This document shows, piece after piece, positions 49,601 through 62,400 of a stretch of 64,000 nt of DNA. Origin of the DNA: Oculina patagonica. Taxonomy: Eukaryota. The notes beneath the pieces are model-generated. The model searched no databases and was not told where the DNA came from. It worked only from the letters and a program-made list of their open reading frames with translations. The stretch spans positions 32,116,001 through 32,180,000 of the forward strand of contig NC_135766.1 in the NCBI RefSeq assembly GCF_052425735.1, written 5' to 3'. The position numbers and the translations under genes were made by a program. Every line of letters begins with the position of its first letter. Position 1 is the first letter of the stretch.

Positions 49601-50034
49601 GTACATCGATATCATTCAGCGGCCATCTGCTACCACAAAGCTAAGAAAACCGATCGAAAAATTATTACCAAAGACGAAAAAAGACTGAATATTTGACTGA
49701 TGAACATATATCAAACTCTTTTTGTCTGACGAAAGGATCTATCCATTAACAATCCAGAGTAACATCGAACATGCATTTCGTCAATTGTACTGATTGTCAT
49801 TCATCGAAATAGCGTGCTATCCTGTTGTATTAGAGCAGGTTTTCTTTGCTATAGCTTTTTTTCTTTCTTTTTGTTCTAGTAAGTTTGTACAATTACAATC
49901 TTACTGTCGTCTTTTTGTCAAGCTTTTTAAAATACTACAAAAATGGCAATAACAAACGCTATATTAAAAAGTCAATACTTACTAAGAATCAACCCAACCA
50001 TCATTGCTCCGCCTATTATCATTGACGTATTCAT
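31670..50034 (-). CDS. Adhesion G protein-coupled receptor (signal peptide, Cys-rich/low-complexity ectodomain, GAIN/GPS, secretin-like 7TM); about 930 aa if one frameshift is corrected
   Basis: Exons in transcript order: 50034-49983 (MNTSMIIGGAMMVGLIL), 47802-47767, 46732-46358, 45376-44721, 44538-44486, 43750-43691, 43155-42969, 42663-42556, 41500-41413, 40957-40861, 40257-40208 (CVFWNFS), 39920-39791 (GWSGKGC...CVCNHL/THFAVLM, GPS), 35831-35716 (TM1), 35371-35269, 35174-35024 (YFLVAAFCWMLVEGIYLY), 34310-34229, 34114-34048 (CWIS), 33353-33271, 32436-32316 (LVPLLGVTWLFG), 32239-32198, 31813-31670 (ends IYEL*). The summed length of 2801 nt is 1 nt short of frame. The GPS-7TM half is secure; exons 1-4 are less so. 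Confidence 0.85.
34452..34837. mobile_element. TTAA-flanked non-autonomous DNA element (Kolobok-like ends)
   Basis: TTAA|AGGGACAGTGTCAC ... GTGACACTGCCCCT|TTAA. Confidence 0.75.
36493..37476 (+). pseudogene. Transposon second gene: SAM domain, coiled coil, CCHC zinc knuckle (327 codons) interrupted by one TAG at 37138-37140
   Basis: ORFs 36493-37140 and 37222-37476 share a frame, and the intervening sequence reads KQHGKHKGELENFTAAREKSKSSFFSV without stops. The N-terminus VFKWLQNL..LKLEKCSEQFESRGFSTLESLRYL..GDI is SAM-like. CNRCHQTGHTKTTC fits CX2CX4HX4C. Heptad-rich segments flank the knuckle. Confidence 0.75.
38349..39569 (+). CDS. Spliced transposase, 353 aa: Pax-like paired domain plus IS630/Tc1-type DDE catalytic domain (DD38E)
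   Basis: Exon 1 38349-38370 (ATG GAT AGA AAT TAT AAC CTT C), intron 38371-38529 (GTAAGT...TTGAC...poly-T CTCTAG), exon 2 38530-39569 open with no stops. Catalytic motifs HFFDEASV, VVMDNCGFH and YQPPYSPHLNTCEYCFHQIK, with 38 residues between the second D and E. AATAAA follows the stop. Exon 1 is inferred from phase match. Confidence 0.9.
43983..44373. mobile_element. TTAA-flanked non-autonomous DNA element (Kolobok-like ends)
   Basis: TTAA|AGGGGCTATGTCA ... TGACATAGTCCCT|TTAA. Confidence 0.75.
45734..46223. mobile_element. TTAA-flanked TIR element
   Basis: TTAA AGGAGGCCGGCGACGGCTTCCAGCACTTTCC ... GGAAAGAGTTGGAAACCGTTGCCAGCCTCC TTAA. Confidence 0.7.
48376..48645. mobile_element. GC-rich MITE with 9-bp TSD
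   Basis: Ends CTCTCTCCTCCGCAGAGG and CCTCTGCGGAGGAGAGA. TATCTAAGC is duplicated at 48367-48375 and 48646-48654. Confidence 0.85.
48700..48860 (+). mobile_element. tRNA-derived SINE-like repeat
   Basis: GCTCAGTTGGTAGAGCATCGCACCGG (D-arm-like), a degenerate T-arm GGTACGAATTTC, then a non-tRNA tail. Confidence 0.6.
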
Positions 50035-51385
50035 CGTTCCTGCCGAAGTTTTCCTTATTGAGCCAACAGTCGAGTCAAACTCCCTTCATTTGTCGAAAAA
50101 TACATTGCGTCCAGAAGAGTTAAACATTATTTTTTCCAAATACTACCTGCTCCGCATTTTGCTTTGCTTAGAGCACCGAAGCTGATAGACAATCGAATTA
50201 AGCCTGTTTCTATTGTTTTATTCCGTTACCACGCATTAAAAATAAACACGTTTGTCATGCAATGTTCAAACATCTGTCCATTTTCGTCTGCCAAAGCAGG
50301 ATGACGTTTGCCAGTAGTAAAAGCAGGTGGTTTTAAAAACTTGATGCAGGAAGTCCATGTAAATATTCACTGTTCTTTTTCCTGGCTTATTTTTGAAATG
50401 GGAAATATCGAAAGGACGGTTGGCCCTATACTCGAAAAAAATGGATTAAATGGACGTGTTCAAATCGAATTCAAATTGTTTCAGCATACCTTAATGCGAT
50501 GTTTTAAATAAGGGATGGGCTATTATATTTTCAGGGGTTTAGGAGAAGCATTTTATTCCAAGCAAGAGTTTTTATTTCTGTCTTTACGTAATGCAAGATC
50601 TAATTTACTTTTCCAGTGCTTTTTCTTTTTTCTTTTTCCTTTTTGGCTTTGCACATTTCCTTTTTCTGTGTTCTGTTGTGGAAGAATTTTTTGGGGCAAA
50701 TGCCAAATCTCACCACCCCCGTCCGTCAAAAAAGTAATGGTCCGTTTTCACTCAGATGAAGTCAGACGGTATTAAAGAGGTCACAGCCACGCAGTTGGTT
50801 GAATATTTTCTTAAAACAAGAACTATCGAGCCTGAACTGATCAACGATAAAAAAAAAAAGGCTGACTTAACAGTAAATAATTAAATATAATGTCAATGCA
50901 AATATTTCGAAAGAAATTGCCCTTTCTCCTTCAGGGCCTTACTACTGAATAATGATGACCATGAGAAAACGGAAGTTACAATTTAAAGGATAGCGTGCAA
51001 TGCGATATTATGACGACCAAATTTCGTGACTAGTTGGGATTTGCGTGACTGATGCCAAAGCTATTGTCTTTTTATTATGCAAACGAATGGCGGCGTGGCG
51101 GTCCATTCGGGTTATACCGTGTCTAAATTTTGAATTTTCCACAGTCTTAACGTCTGTAATTGCGGTTAACTTCGAAAGATCTTAAAGTTGGTGGCCAAAC
51201 GACGTGTACTTACGAAAATTTCACTTGTTTGTGCGACGAAAAAAGAACGTTTTCAGACTCTGAGAGACACGACTTTCCCAAGAAATCCAACTGCTGTCGA
51301 CGGGGTTAGCCTCACGAATACGACGAATTAACTTGGATTATCGAGAAGGAATGATGTAGATAAACAAGTCAACGCTTCTAAACTG

Positions 51386-54300
51386 ATGGCTAACGATTCA
51401 GATAATACGTCTTCTGCCGAGAATAAGTAAGTAAATATTACTCTGTCCTACTCTACGACCTTTTTTCCTATAGATATTTAATGTAGAATTGCTTTGACGA
51501 AGCCGGAAGTGAGATTGAGCGAGCTGAGGCAGGCTTTAAGTCAGTAACCAATGTGGTACGTTATTCTGTGAGCTTTATTGCGCTGCTATCTTGATACTTG
51601 GCCATGTATTCTGTTGAGATTTTGCTTTACATGTATATGTAATATAGCTGATCTCGCTTGCTAAATGCACTGCGTTAGTGTGATCACATTTTTCACAGGG
51701 GGCGTGAACCGTCACGCCATAATCTACTTTAGTAAATTTTACGGCCTCAAATCTCAGACGCTTTGAAATACCTCGGCCCATCTTGAATTTTATGAGTTTC
51801 GTTCCGGGATGACAAAAAAAATCGTTTTGTATATGAACGTGTTCATCCCGGGATGTCGGGACGTTGAATTCATCGATCACGTCCAATTCATTGCATTACA
51901 ATTCGTCCCGGAAAGACGGTTACATGGCGGTTTTCGTAACGTTTCACGCCAGGGACATGCATTTCATCCCGGTGCTAAGGACAGGGATGAAATCGTCCCG
52001 GGATGAATTCATCCCGTGACGAAATAACTGATCATTCCGGGACGAAATAATGTAAACAGCAACAACAAAATCACCAGACACCGAGATGATTTCATCCCGG
52101 GACAAAAACTCTCATGTAAAGATAACACTCTGTAATTATGTTTTTATTCCAGTAAATAAGAGCTAAAATACTAAAGTACTGTTATGTCCATAGGTGCAAT
52201 CACAGTTAAACTGAATATGTTGCGGCACAACAAAATATACTCACGCCACAACAAATTATCTTGAGGCATGAGAAACTTAACAAACGGCAATATAAAGTAA
52301 ACTCCCAGCTGACATCATTTTCCTTTGTTTCAGTTGCTCAACTGCCCAATATGACCTACTTTTATTTGATCTTGCATGTTTGGGATTTGCTGTGAGTACT
52401 TACTTCTAAATAGTTAGTTTCTAGGGTTGGGGTGGTAGAAGTTGAATTGGGAGTCGGCTCGCTCCCCACGGTTACCCTACCTTCAAAGCGAATGACCCTC
52501 CACCCAGGGATACCTGGCCCCGGCGCCAAATTTCCAATTTCTCATATAAACAGTGACAGTTCGCAGCTATTTACAAAGAAACGTATGAAAAGCTCTCTCG
52601 CCAGTAGTGGCTCTGTAAAGAGGGTAACCTGCCTACCAGGGACAACTTTCCTCCATTTAAACGGGCCCTAACAGCTGGCAATGATTGAAAAGGGGAAATG
52701 TTGGCTACTGATTTTTATGCGAGTTCTTAAAAAAGTGTTTTGTTTATTGTGTCATCTTCACCTCATTCTTAAAAAAAGGCCAGCCAAGCTTTGTTTAGCT
52801 AAGCTCAGTTATAATTCTTGTTATCCTGATGTCTGTTTTTTTTTTTTTTTTTTTTTTTTACCGGGGGTGGTGGGTAAGGGAAGAGAGCAGGGGGTAGGGA
52901 AAGTTGTTGAATTCTTACAAGAAATCGTAGCCGCGACAACCCAGTGACGTTTACCCTAAATATTAACCTTCTAGCTAGAAAAATGCCGGCGAGTGAGGGC
53001 CAACTAGATTGCTTTGTAATCGCGGTTTTGCGCCAGATGGATTGAGAATAAATTATTACTATAAAGCTAAGGTATGTGGTCTAGTGGGGTTATTAAAAAA
53101 TTTCTGGGGTAATCCTCATGCAAGATGTTTGCTTTTACTGAAACGAAGCGAAAAAATTCGTCTGAAAAGGCAAATGCCCTGCGGCGAATCGCTGCTAACG
53201 TAGGACCAGAGGTGAAGGAAGTGAGCCATTCTGCGTAATTTGAGGGGTGGACTTGGCGTCTACTGCAGTAAGTCTATTGGTAGCCCTATAACATTTGCCT
53301 CACCCCAAGACATATCATCTTGTTAAAATGGCTCTGAAAGCGCGGCCCCATATGTTCTTAGTTAGGCCTCGCTTCTTTTCTGTTTTAACTTAAGGATATC
53401 CGTGGAGTTAACTAGATTAATGAAAATTTGAGGTATTATGGTATAGTTGTAATGCGACTTAACTTGCCGTTTCTCCTTGCAGCTCCCTATCATTTTGGTC
53501 TTGGCATCATTGAAGCGGCGTACCAGACTCAAGCTGAAATATTGTGATGGACGCCCGGGATTGCTAATGTAAGCTTGCTTCAAGACGATAGTCCAGTTAT
53601 TGTGATAGTCCACAGGTTATTTCAAATAACTAATTTTTGTCCTCGCCTTCACAATTATTTGGTGCTGCCATGTTAGGGTCAATTATCCGCTATAAAGAGC
53701 ATTTCTTCTATTTCCTCTATTTGGTAATGCAAAGAAAGAAGACTCGTAGGTCCACTCGACTTCCCAATATCTACTCGCTAAATGCGAAATCATATACCGG
53801 ATAAGCACGTGACAAAGCTCCAGAGCTTGACCGGTGCAAGATAATTGGTAGGCGTTCGTTCCCAACGCATTTTTTTACTTTCGGTGTACTGAGGGCGTCC
53901 GAAAGCTTTTTTCATACTTTGCCTTTTCCGGTAACGTAAGGATGGGGTGCATAAAGTTGCCTCAATGCTTGTTTTATGACCAGGTCTTTGGATTTTTATA
54001 TACTTTTCTTTATTTTAAAAATCCTCAGCAGTGAACTTCCAATGGTTAAGAGAGACCATACACTTCTATATTTTATTCTTCTCTCTTTCAGACCATTCAA
54101 CTTTCTGGTTGGTATCAGCAATAGATACACTGTTGCAGCAACCTTTGGAGCAACTGCCAGTAAATGTGCCCAACTCTTTCTAACTGTTGTAAATGGCGAC
54201 ACATTATTTGACTTGGGTGGGGCTCCCTGGGTAAACGGTAAGTTGCGGACGATTTTTATTTGCAATTTCTTCTTTTTTGGTCCTTTCTCCTAGTAGAATT

Positions 54301-57300
54301 ATTTCTAACTTTTCTAAGGAAAGTAACGTTGCACTGTCATTAATACACATCTATTATTGACATCTATTCTATTTCACATCAAATTACCTCTTTGGTCAAG
54401 GCAGAGGCAAACTTAACTGGAGTTATTCTTGAAAACTGTAACTAAATTAATCAACATTAAACGGCCTATTAATCCAAGTTTTTGATGACATAACCCCTGT
54501 GGTAATTAAAAGAAGCTCCACTGAATGGCTACCTGTTAGCGCCGTCGTTTGCATGTATAAAATTTTCCTACTGGTCTACAAAGCCTTTAATGGAAAAGCG
54601 CCTTCCTACATCAAATGCCTTATTATAGGAAATTAACGCTTGTGTAAATTAAGGTATTTGAAATTAATGCGACTAAAATTAATGCGAATTGAAGGAAAAA
54701 TTACTTCCGAATAAAGGAAATTAACGCGGAAGAGAGGGTAATATTTCAAAATGAAAGAAATTAACGCGACGTACACAAAGAAAAACACTTGTTGAGACAA
54801 CAGGAACAAGTGTTTTTTAACATTGGGCGTATAATCCCAAACGGAAACAATGTTCGTGATACTCAAGCCAAACGTATGGGTTAAGCGAAGGAATTTGACC
54901 GCTTCGAGCGTTCACCCTGAAGAAATAATGCTTTTTCCTAGGAGATTAAAAACGTCTGGATTGTATCGAAAAATTGGGACTAAAATAATGGAAATAAAGG
55001 TCGCGGAAATTAACGCTCCACTTAATTAACGGCGCGGAAATTAACGTTAACAAAAACTAACGCTTCTGAAATTAACGCGAATTTTTGAAATTCGTGTTAA
55101 TTTCATGAAGCGTTAATTTCCTATAATAAGGTGGTTAGTCAATTTAGATCATTTTCCAACAAACTGCCAACAATCCCAAAATCTACTCCCAAAATTTCTC
55201 TGGGCAAGAAAACCTTTGCTGTGCAGCACTGAGAACTGATTGAACACTATTCCGCTTCTTTCCACTGACATTTTAAAGGACATTTAAAAACGCACTATTT
55301 CTTTAGAAACATGTGAACTTCTCTTCGTTCTGTCACCACAACTTTACATCGTTCCAGCTGCCGTCTTGACAACTTGGTTTCGAAAATGAGTATTAAAAGC
55401 TTTGTTTTATCAGAAACATTTATGTATAGATGCAGATAAACTTATATGCAATTTTTATGTGATAATTTAATATGTGACAAATAGATTTGATCGTGTAGAT
55501 GGCACAACAATTATTTTTCAACAGTTCAAAGTTTAGTGCGCCAGCAGTGACTTTGGACAGCAGAGATACGCAGAAACGCATACGCAATGCGCAATGCTGT
55601 CGCAATATTTGCCACATGTTATGTGGCAAGTTGTCTACACGAGAAATTTTTCGTATGTGACAACTTTTATTTCTCACATGAAATCTAACACGCCAGCTCC
55701 TCTGCAACTAAATTGGCCAATTTTCCTCGTCTACACGAGCACAGAAAAATTTGCCGTAGCTGTTTCAACGGTAACGGTGTTAATTTTATACCCTCATCAA
55801 CGCTTACAAACAGTGTTCTCTTTAGTTTTTCAGGGCCTTGTCGGTGTCCTTGTATATGGAATAGTGTTCTATCCATTTTTTGCTTGTCTTACGACGGAGT
55901 ACAAGTTAATCGGATCAATTCTGGGTTTTCTATATGGTGCGCCAAGGTAAAAAGTCCTTTACATCAGGGTAGTCAAAGTCCATAGCACCCAACATCTAGC
56001 AGAGTTGTAGCCTGATTCCCTGTACTATCCGAGAATCAGGCTAGCAGCTAGCAGGATTGCTACTTTTTTGGAATTCTTAAAGGGATTTAACCTAGTTTAT
56101 GAGGCCATTGCTAAATAATACTCAGTGTTTTTGGACTTGTTTATTTTCAAACATTTTCCAGTTTCATTTATATATCTTGTCCCTAAAAAGCCTCACAGAG
56201 TAATGGTAATTAAAAATAGATACCTGTAATAAATAATACCTAGCTTCACACTAGAAGCTAAGTCAGTTTCAAGTGAGCACTTGACATAAGTGAACTTGAG
56301 AATCTCAAGACGCATTTTACAAAATCTGGCTTTACACCTGATTGCAAAGTATATTACTTCAGGTACAAGCTGTCAATCATCTTTATAATCGTGACAACGC
56401 TGCACGCCGCGGGGCCGCACGCCGCTTTTATTTGGCTTTCATTTGCCACATGCATTGGTCGAGTGCGTTCTCAAGTGTGGTGTTTACCATACTTGGCGGC
56501 GTACTTGGTGGCTTCTTTGAACTACGAAAGTTTTCATGTTCACCAAGTAAAGTTCAAGTAAGTACGTTTTACCTCTTCACAATCCAAGTAGGTTCCAAGT
56601 GCACTTAGATTATACTTACGAGCTCTAGTGTGAAGCCATGTATTAACTCGGCAGATATGACTTGGTTAACAATCGTGTTTTGGTTTCTGGGTATTTACTT
56701 TCTTCTGGATAGATCCGGAGTTTAGCACAGTCTCAACCAACTTCACCATGATCCTTACATGGTTTTAAGAAAAACCATGTTAAAGGTGTCTTGCATAATG
56801 CGTTTTCATTAGCAGCTAATTGAATTAAAAATAACAAGTAGATTTGTTGCTGGAAAAGTAACAACAAATGGGGATGCTAAAAATTTTTTATGGCCGATTT
56901 ATGAAACCGTAGCCTGCATTGGTCGGAAGAGTTTTGTTATAGTATTTTTTTATGATAAAGGCAACTGCGGAAGACGTTACCTGCCAAAATGTTCCCGTCA
57001 CGCAGCCTCCTTCAATGGAAAACGAATTGTTTTTCGGGAAGCATTTACCTTTGATATTTCCGAGCATCATTCTAATAGAAAGAACTACGCATCATAATTT
57101 AAAAAAACTTTTAAAATAAGACTCGAGAGAGACGTCGAGTTGCTGATTTTGGTTGGTTTCCTCAGAAACGAAACGGTATTGTTTTGGATTCGATGTGAAC
57201 TGTTTACAGAGCATGGTCTACTATCCAAACAGAAGAACGCTCGTAACGCAAATGTCAAAACGTTGTACTGAAGGCAAACAAACTCGTTTACCATGTTCTT

Positions 57301-59458
57301 CAAATATCGGAAATGTAATCCTCAGCTACACCATAAAATATTGGAATTTTTGACGACTACATGCTTTTAAGTCCGAATAAAGCGATGGTTTGGTGAAAAA
57401 TATAAAGCTAGCTCTTTCCGTGTTTATTTGTGAAGTAAACATTTCAGAAGAAAATTCCCACCAATCAGCGCTTGCATGCGAAAAGATACGATATCTTCAC
57501 GTGTGTTGTGTTTGCTGGAAGCCACGTAAAAGGGCAAGAAAGGGCTAATAAGGAAGTTATTTTTCATTCTTATTCTTCCGCGATCTGGAATCGAAACGCT
57601 ATTTCTTTGTGAAAAAGCTGTTTGCTAATTGTTTTACGAATTAATTAAATTTTAACAGACATCACGTACGACACAAAAGTGGCGAAGAACGTCTCAATTC
57701 ACGAGTATTTTTTACCACTTAGGACAAAAAAAAAAACACTTTTTGTTGATAAAACTTTGTTAAAATTTTAAGATACATGCAGTATTGGGAACATTATTGG
57801 GAAAAGTTATTGGGAAAAGTCAGCTGCATGTAACTGATTCAGCTGATTTAATTAGCAACGCACCGAAAGTGTAGACTTTGGCGGCACAAGGAATTGTAGC
57901 TTTCACGAACGAAAATACCAAAAGAATTCGCTTTTGCATATCGTATTGGCATAGCCTGCGAACGCAGACGTATTTCCGCCAGTCGCTTCAACGATATGAG
58001 GAACTAGAGTCCAATTGTAACTGAAAAATTTAGATGTTAGCTAGTTCGGGCGGTTTATTTACATGCAGAGATAGCTGAACCAGCAAAACCAGTTATTATC
58101 CTCGAGTTCATGCATTTGACCAATTTCCTTGTCTTCGGCATCAAAACCTGTTTTCCTCAATTCCTCACAATTTAACCCAAAACCAGTTTGCCCAACACCC
58201 AAGGGACCAATTTATGGTGCTGTTATTGGTTATTTCGGTTGTTAATCTAATTATCCTCAATCCCAAGGGAAATACACACGCACCCTGAAAACAACTAGGG
58301 ATGCCCTTAGGCATCCCCAAAAAGAATTAATGTTCGTTGTCATCGAGATACGAAATTGAATTTAAAGTCGGCGATAATCTTGGATTTTCTTAATGTTGCT
58401 GAAAACAACCGGACCGCATTTCAAATTAAATTTAACGGTGATCTAACAGTGATCTGAACGCTGTTTCTAATCACGTATGAATAGCAAGGGATATAAAGAC
58501 ATAGTGCTGAATATCTCGGTTATGACCGATAAAAATATATCAAACCTCAAAGTGTTTCCTTACATTCAAGCACCGAGAAGCGAGATGTGTTTACAAATGT
58601 GACGAAACTCTCTCTCGAGTGTTTGTTAAATCAGTTCAATCGAAATTCAAACTACTTAGAAGACGGAGAGTTGAAATGGTGAAAATCTATGCTAATTTAG
58701 TTAACACATTCAAATCACCGTCATGTTTCTGCTTTCCTCTGCTTGAGAAATCATAGCTACGATAAGTATCATAGTTAACTTGGTTAGCAAACTTAAGCAA
58801 AACATGCTTATCTCCCCTAGTCTATTGCCACTGTATTGATTTTGTTGTTGTTGTGGTTTTCAGGTTCGGGTTCGAGCTTTCATTTTTAATCCGTTGCAGC
58901 AGAGCTTTGGAAGTAAGTTACGTATTGCAGTTGTGTAAAGTTGCTTTTTTTTCTGTCTTCGGGCAGAGAACTTGACTACATTCCTCAATTTCGTCAAAAA
59001 ATATAAATAATAATTACTTTTTATGCAAACCTCTATTTAATTTCTTCTTAACTTTCTAGGGAGCTGGATCCTCTCCATTCCTTTCTTTCATCCCGGCATT
59101 ACCCACATTGGCTTGTGTTATCTTCATTGTGTCAAGATTCGCAGTCCTTGTCTGTTTAGAAGTGAGAAGAAAATGCCCTAAGCCTTCTAGAGGATTAGAA
59201 GTATACAAGGTATTTGACTCCTTAAAAAGTTGTGAATCGTTAGTTATGTTTGAGTATGGGTGGGTTAAAGCATTTGTACATTTTAATATTTTTACTCATA
59301 AATTATTGTAATCTGCTATTTTGAAATTTTTAATTATTTTTATTATTTATTACTTATACTAGTTCTCATTGTTTTTATACTATATTTAATTATTGTCGTG
59401 CGCTTTTTACATGAGCCTCCGGCTATTGAGCGCAACATCATCCCGCGTCATGACTTTA

Positions 59459-59492
<34 letters not shown>

Positions 59493-62400
59493 GTTACATG
59501 CATATGGGTCTACATGAAGTGCTTATTTTCTGTGGCAGAGTACTTTCAAAAGTGTACTGTAGAAGTGTAGTCACTGTGGCACTACGACAAAAGCATGAAG
59601 GGAACGTAAGCAGACAAAACTCGTATAGCTAATTATCACAGTAATGATTTATGATTGAATTCCAGGTCCCTTGACAACTTAAAGTGACTCCACGCTCTGC
59701 TAAAGTTGTCTCCTTTTGTGATAAGTTGTCGTTCTATTTTTATCTTCTTTCTTCCCTCTATTAAGAAAGAAATGAGAATACAGTATATACATTCAGACTA
59801 AACTATTTAAACTTTGGGGAATTAATTTGGGTGAATCTTTTATTTGTTTTTCTTTTCAGGGAAATCAAAAGATGAGTTCTAAGCCATTGGCAGAAGAATC
59901 AGATATTGTTCATGTCAAAGTATTGCTCGGCCAAGGACCAAAAATGTAAGCAATGCTACTCATTTTTATTCAACAAATGCGCGCATTGCCCATATATGGT
60001 CAGAAGGTTATTGTTATCCGTCCATGACAGATATTCTGCGATATACAGAGGTTGCCAAGATTCGTAGGAAATCTTGCAAAGCGCTGCATAACCACAGTTT
60101 TTCAGGCTGCGACAATTTGTTGAATAATGAATTAATTAATATTCTCCTCAATGATAAATGGAAAAATAAATTTCCTTGTGCTGGGTGGCACTTGTAAAAG
60201 TACAAAAGTATAATGAAGTTCTCACTAAATGAGTTGAAAGTGCCTTTAAAATAGTTAAGAAATCCAAACGTTTCGGGCTTAGCCCTTCATCAGTGGAAAG
60301 TCGATTTCAGTCAGCTGAGTATCAGGCGATATTCCGCGCGATTTCGCAGCTTAATTGTCGTAATTTGGTTGCTATATTTTTTGTTTCTTTTTTTGCTTAT
60401 AGAAACCATGAAGTTACACGCCCGTGGTACACAAAGCTTCGACATTTTATTTACAAACAAAGACCAGGTAAGATATTTATAGCTATATGCATGTAGCAGA
60501 AGAGAGTCCAAAAGGAAGCCGGGGAAGAAATAAGTAACAAGTATTGTATTATGTAGAGAGAGAGAGATATGTATAACACTGACCATAAGATTAAAATAAC
60601 AACATATTGGCTTCTGAAATAAAGCAAATGCACAATTCTCACTACAAGAAGCGTTTTATCACACCTCCCTTGCCTTTTTAAACTTAACTAGAACAATGGG
60701 ACAATGACCCTCTCAACTCTGAATGTCAAATGCCTTTTGCAATTTTTTCAGAAGCGTTTTATCACATCTCCCTTTCCTTTTTCAACCTAACTAGGACAAT
60801 GGGACAATGGCCCTCTCAACTCTTAATGTCAAATGCCTTTTGCAATTGTTTGTACCACGGTTAAGTTGGCTCTTTTTTGTTTCTAGATTTCAAATTCTCT
60901 ACTCAGCTGATTTCAACCATGGTTGTTACCTCAATACTGATCTTTCAGGTAATAAAAAAACGAACATCTCATTTTTAAATAAATAACAGTTTTTAGAAGA
61001 GAACGAGATCGTTTTTCACCACTTTATTGAACTGACTACAGACGACCACATGACATGATCAACCACATAGTAACCTTTGAATCCCATTGGTCACATATCC
61101 TGGTTAATACTTCATGGTTGTTGCTAAATCCGGATATGGGTCCGTCTTTATCTGTAATGATACCGCATGCAATTTTATCTGTACGTCTGCATTTACATTA
61201 ATTGTGTCAATGGCATGTACAAAGCGCCCTCAATCACCTTTTGAAAAGGTGATTTTGCAGCAACAGTATCATATGGGTATGAGTAGCTGTAATCCAAACC
61301 TGCCATTGTTGAAAATGTAAAATGATGTAGGCTTAACAATCAGCTAAAAATTCTTGAAAACAAATACTAGTCATTCAGTTTCTAGATTTCAAAAGAAATT
61401 CTTCGCTTTTTTAAAGTATCGCGTGTTTCTATACTCATGATTAAAAGTCCGAGAGAGAAGTCACTTTTTTTCTCATAGCACGGAATAGATAATTATCGAT
61501 GGCTGTATGTCGTAGATTAATTCTTACAAACACTACACTTTTATATAGTAATTGTCTAAGGGTATACACATCGTACAAGTGAAGAAAACAGTCTGGTTGT
61601 AATTTTGCTGATTTTACGACAGTAGAACATTACCAAGGAATGTTAAGTCTTACCCAAGGAAAGTTCACATTTAATATGTGGCACATATACGTTTACGGGT
61701 TGAAAATCGTGTTTTGGTATCGTTTTGAGATTAAGCCACAAATAGTTACAAAACAGATACCAGTTTTTAGGAATAGACTGTTTTCTTAGACTTGGCTCTT
61801 GGCTCTTCGAACTTTTTTCCTCGTTCGTTTCACTTTTGAAACATGTCAATACAAATTGCCAGGCCTTTGATATTATTGCTTTCCAGCTACATCTGCACAC
61901 AGACCGATAAGGAGAAGAAAGGTGGTTTTTCATTAATTTTTGTTTGGTTCAATTTTGTTGCAGTTCCTCACAATGTTACTTATCGATTTTGAAAGCTTTA
62001 AAGAGACGTTCCGCGCTTATGGGAGTACGTTGGGTGACCTTGCCGCTGTTTTATACAGTAAGTCCCTACAGACGCTTACTGGGCAATGCCATTTTGTAAA
62101 TTTTTAATAGATTTTCCATACATGTCAAACGATATTTTAAATAGTGTAACAAAATGTAACAAGCAGCCAAATTAGCAAATTGAAAGCGCTCTACGAAATT
62201 TAAATCTGAACGCCAGTGGTAACAACAATGCGTCCATGCATGCTTTCCTGATTTCTTCCCAGGGACGGCGGAGACTTCCTAAGAAAAGAGTCCTTTAGCC
62301 CTTCCCCCCCCCCCCCACTTGCTGTCGCTGGTAAGTCCCCCCCCCCCCCCCAGTTGGAAAAATGCTCCGCCGTCCCTGCTAATGACAGTTTTTTTTTTCC

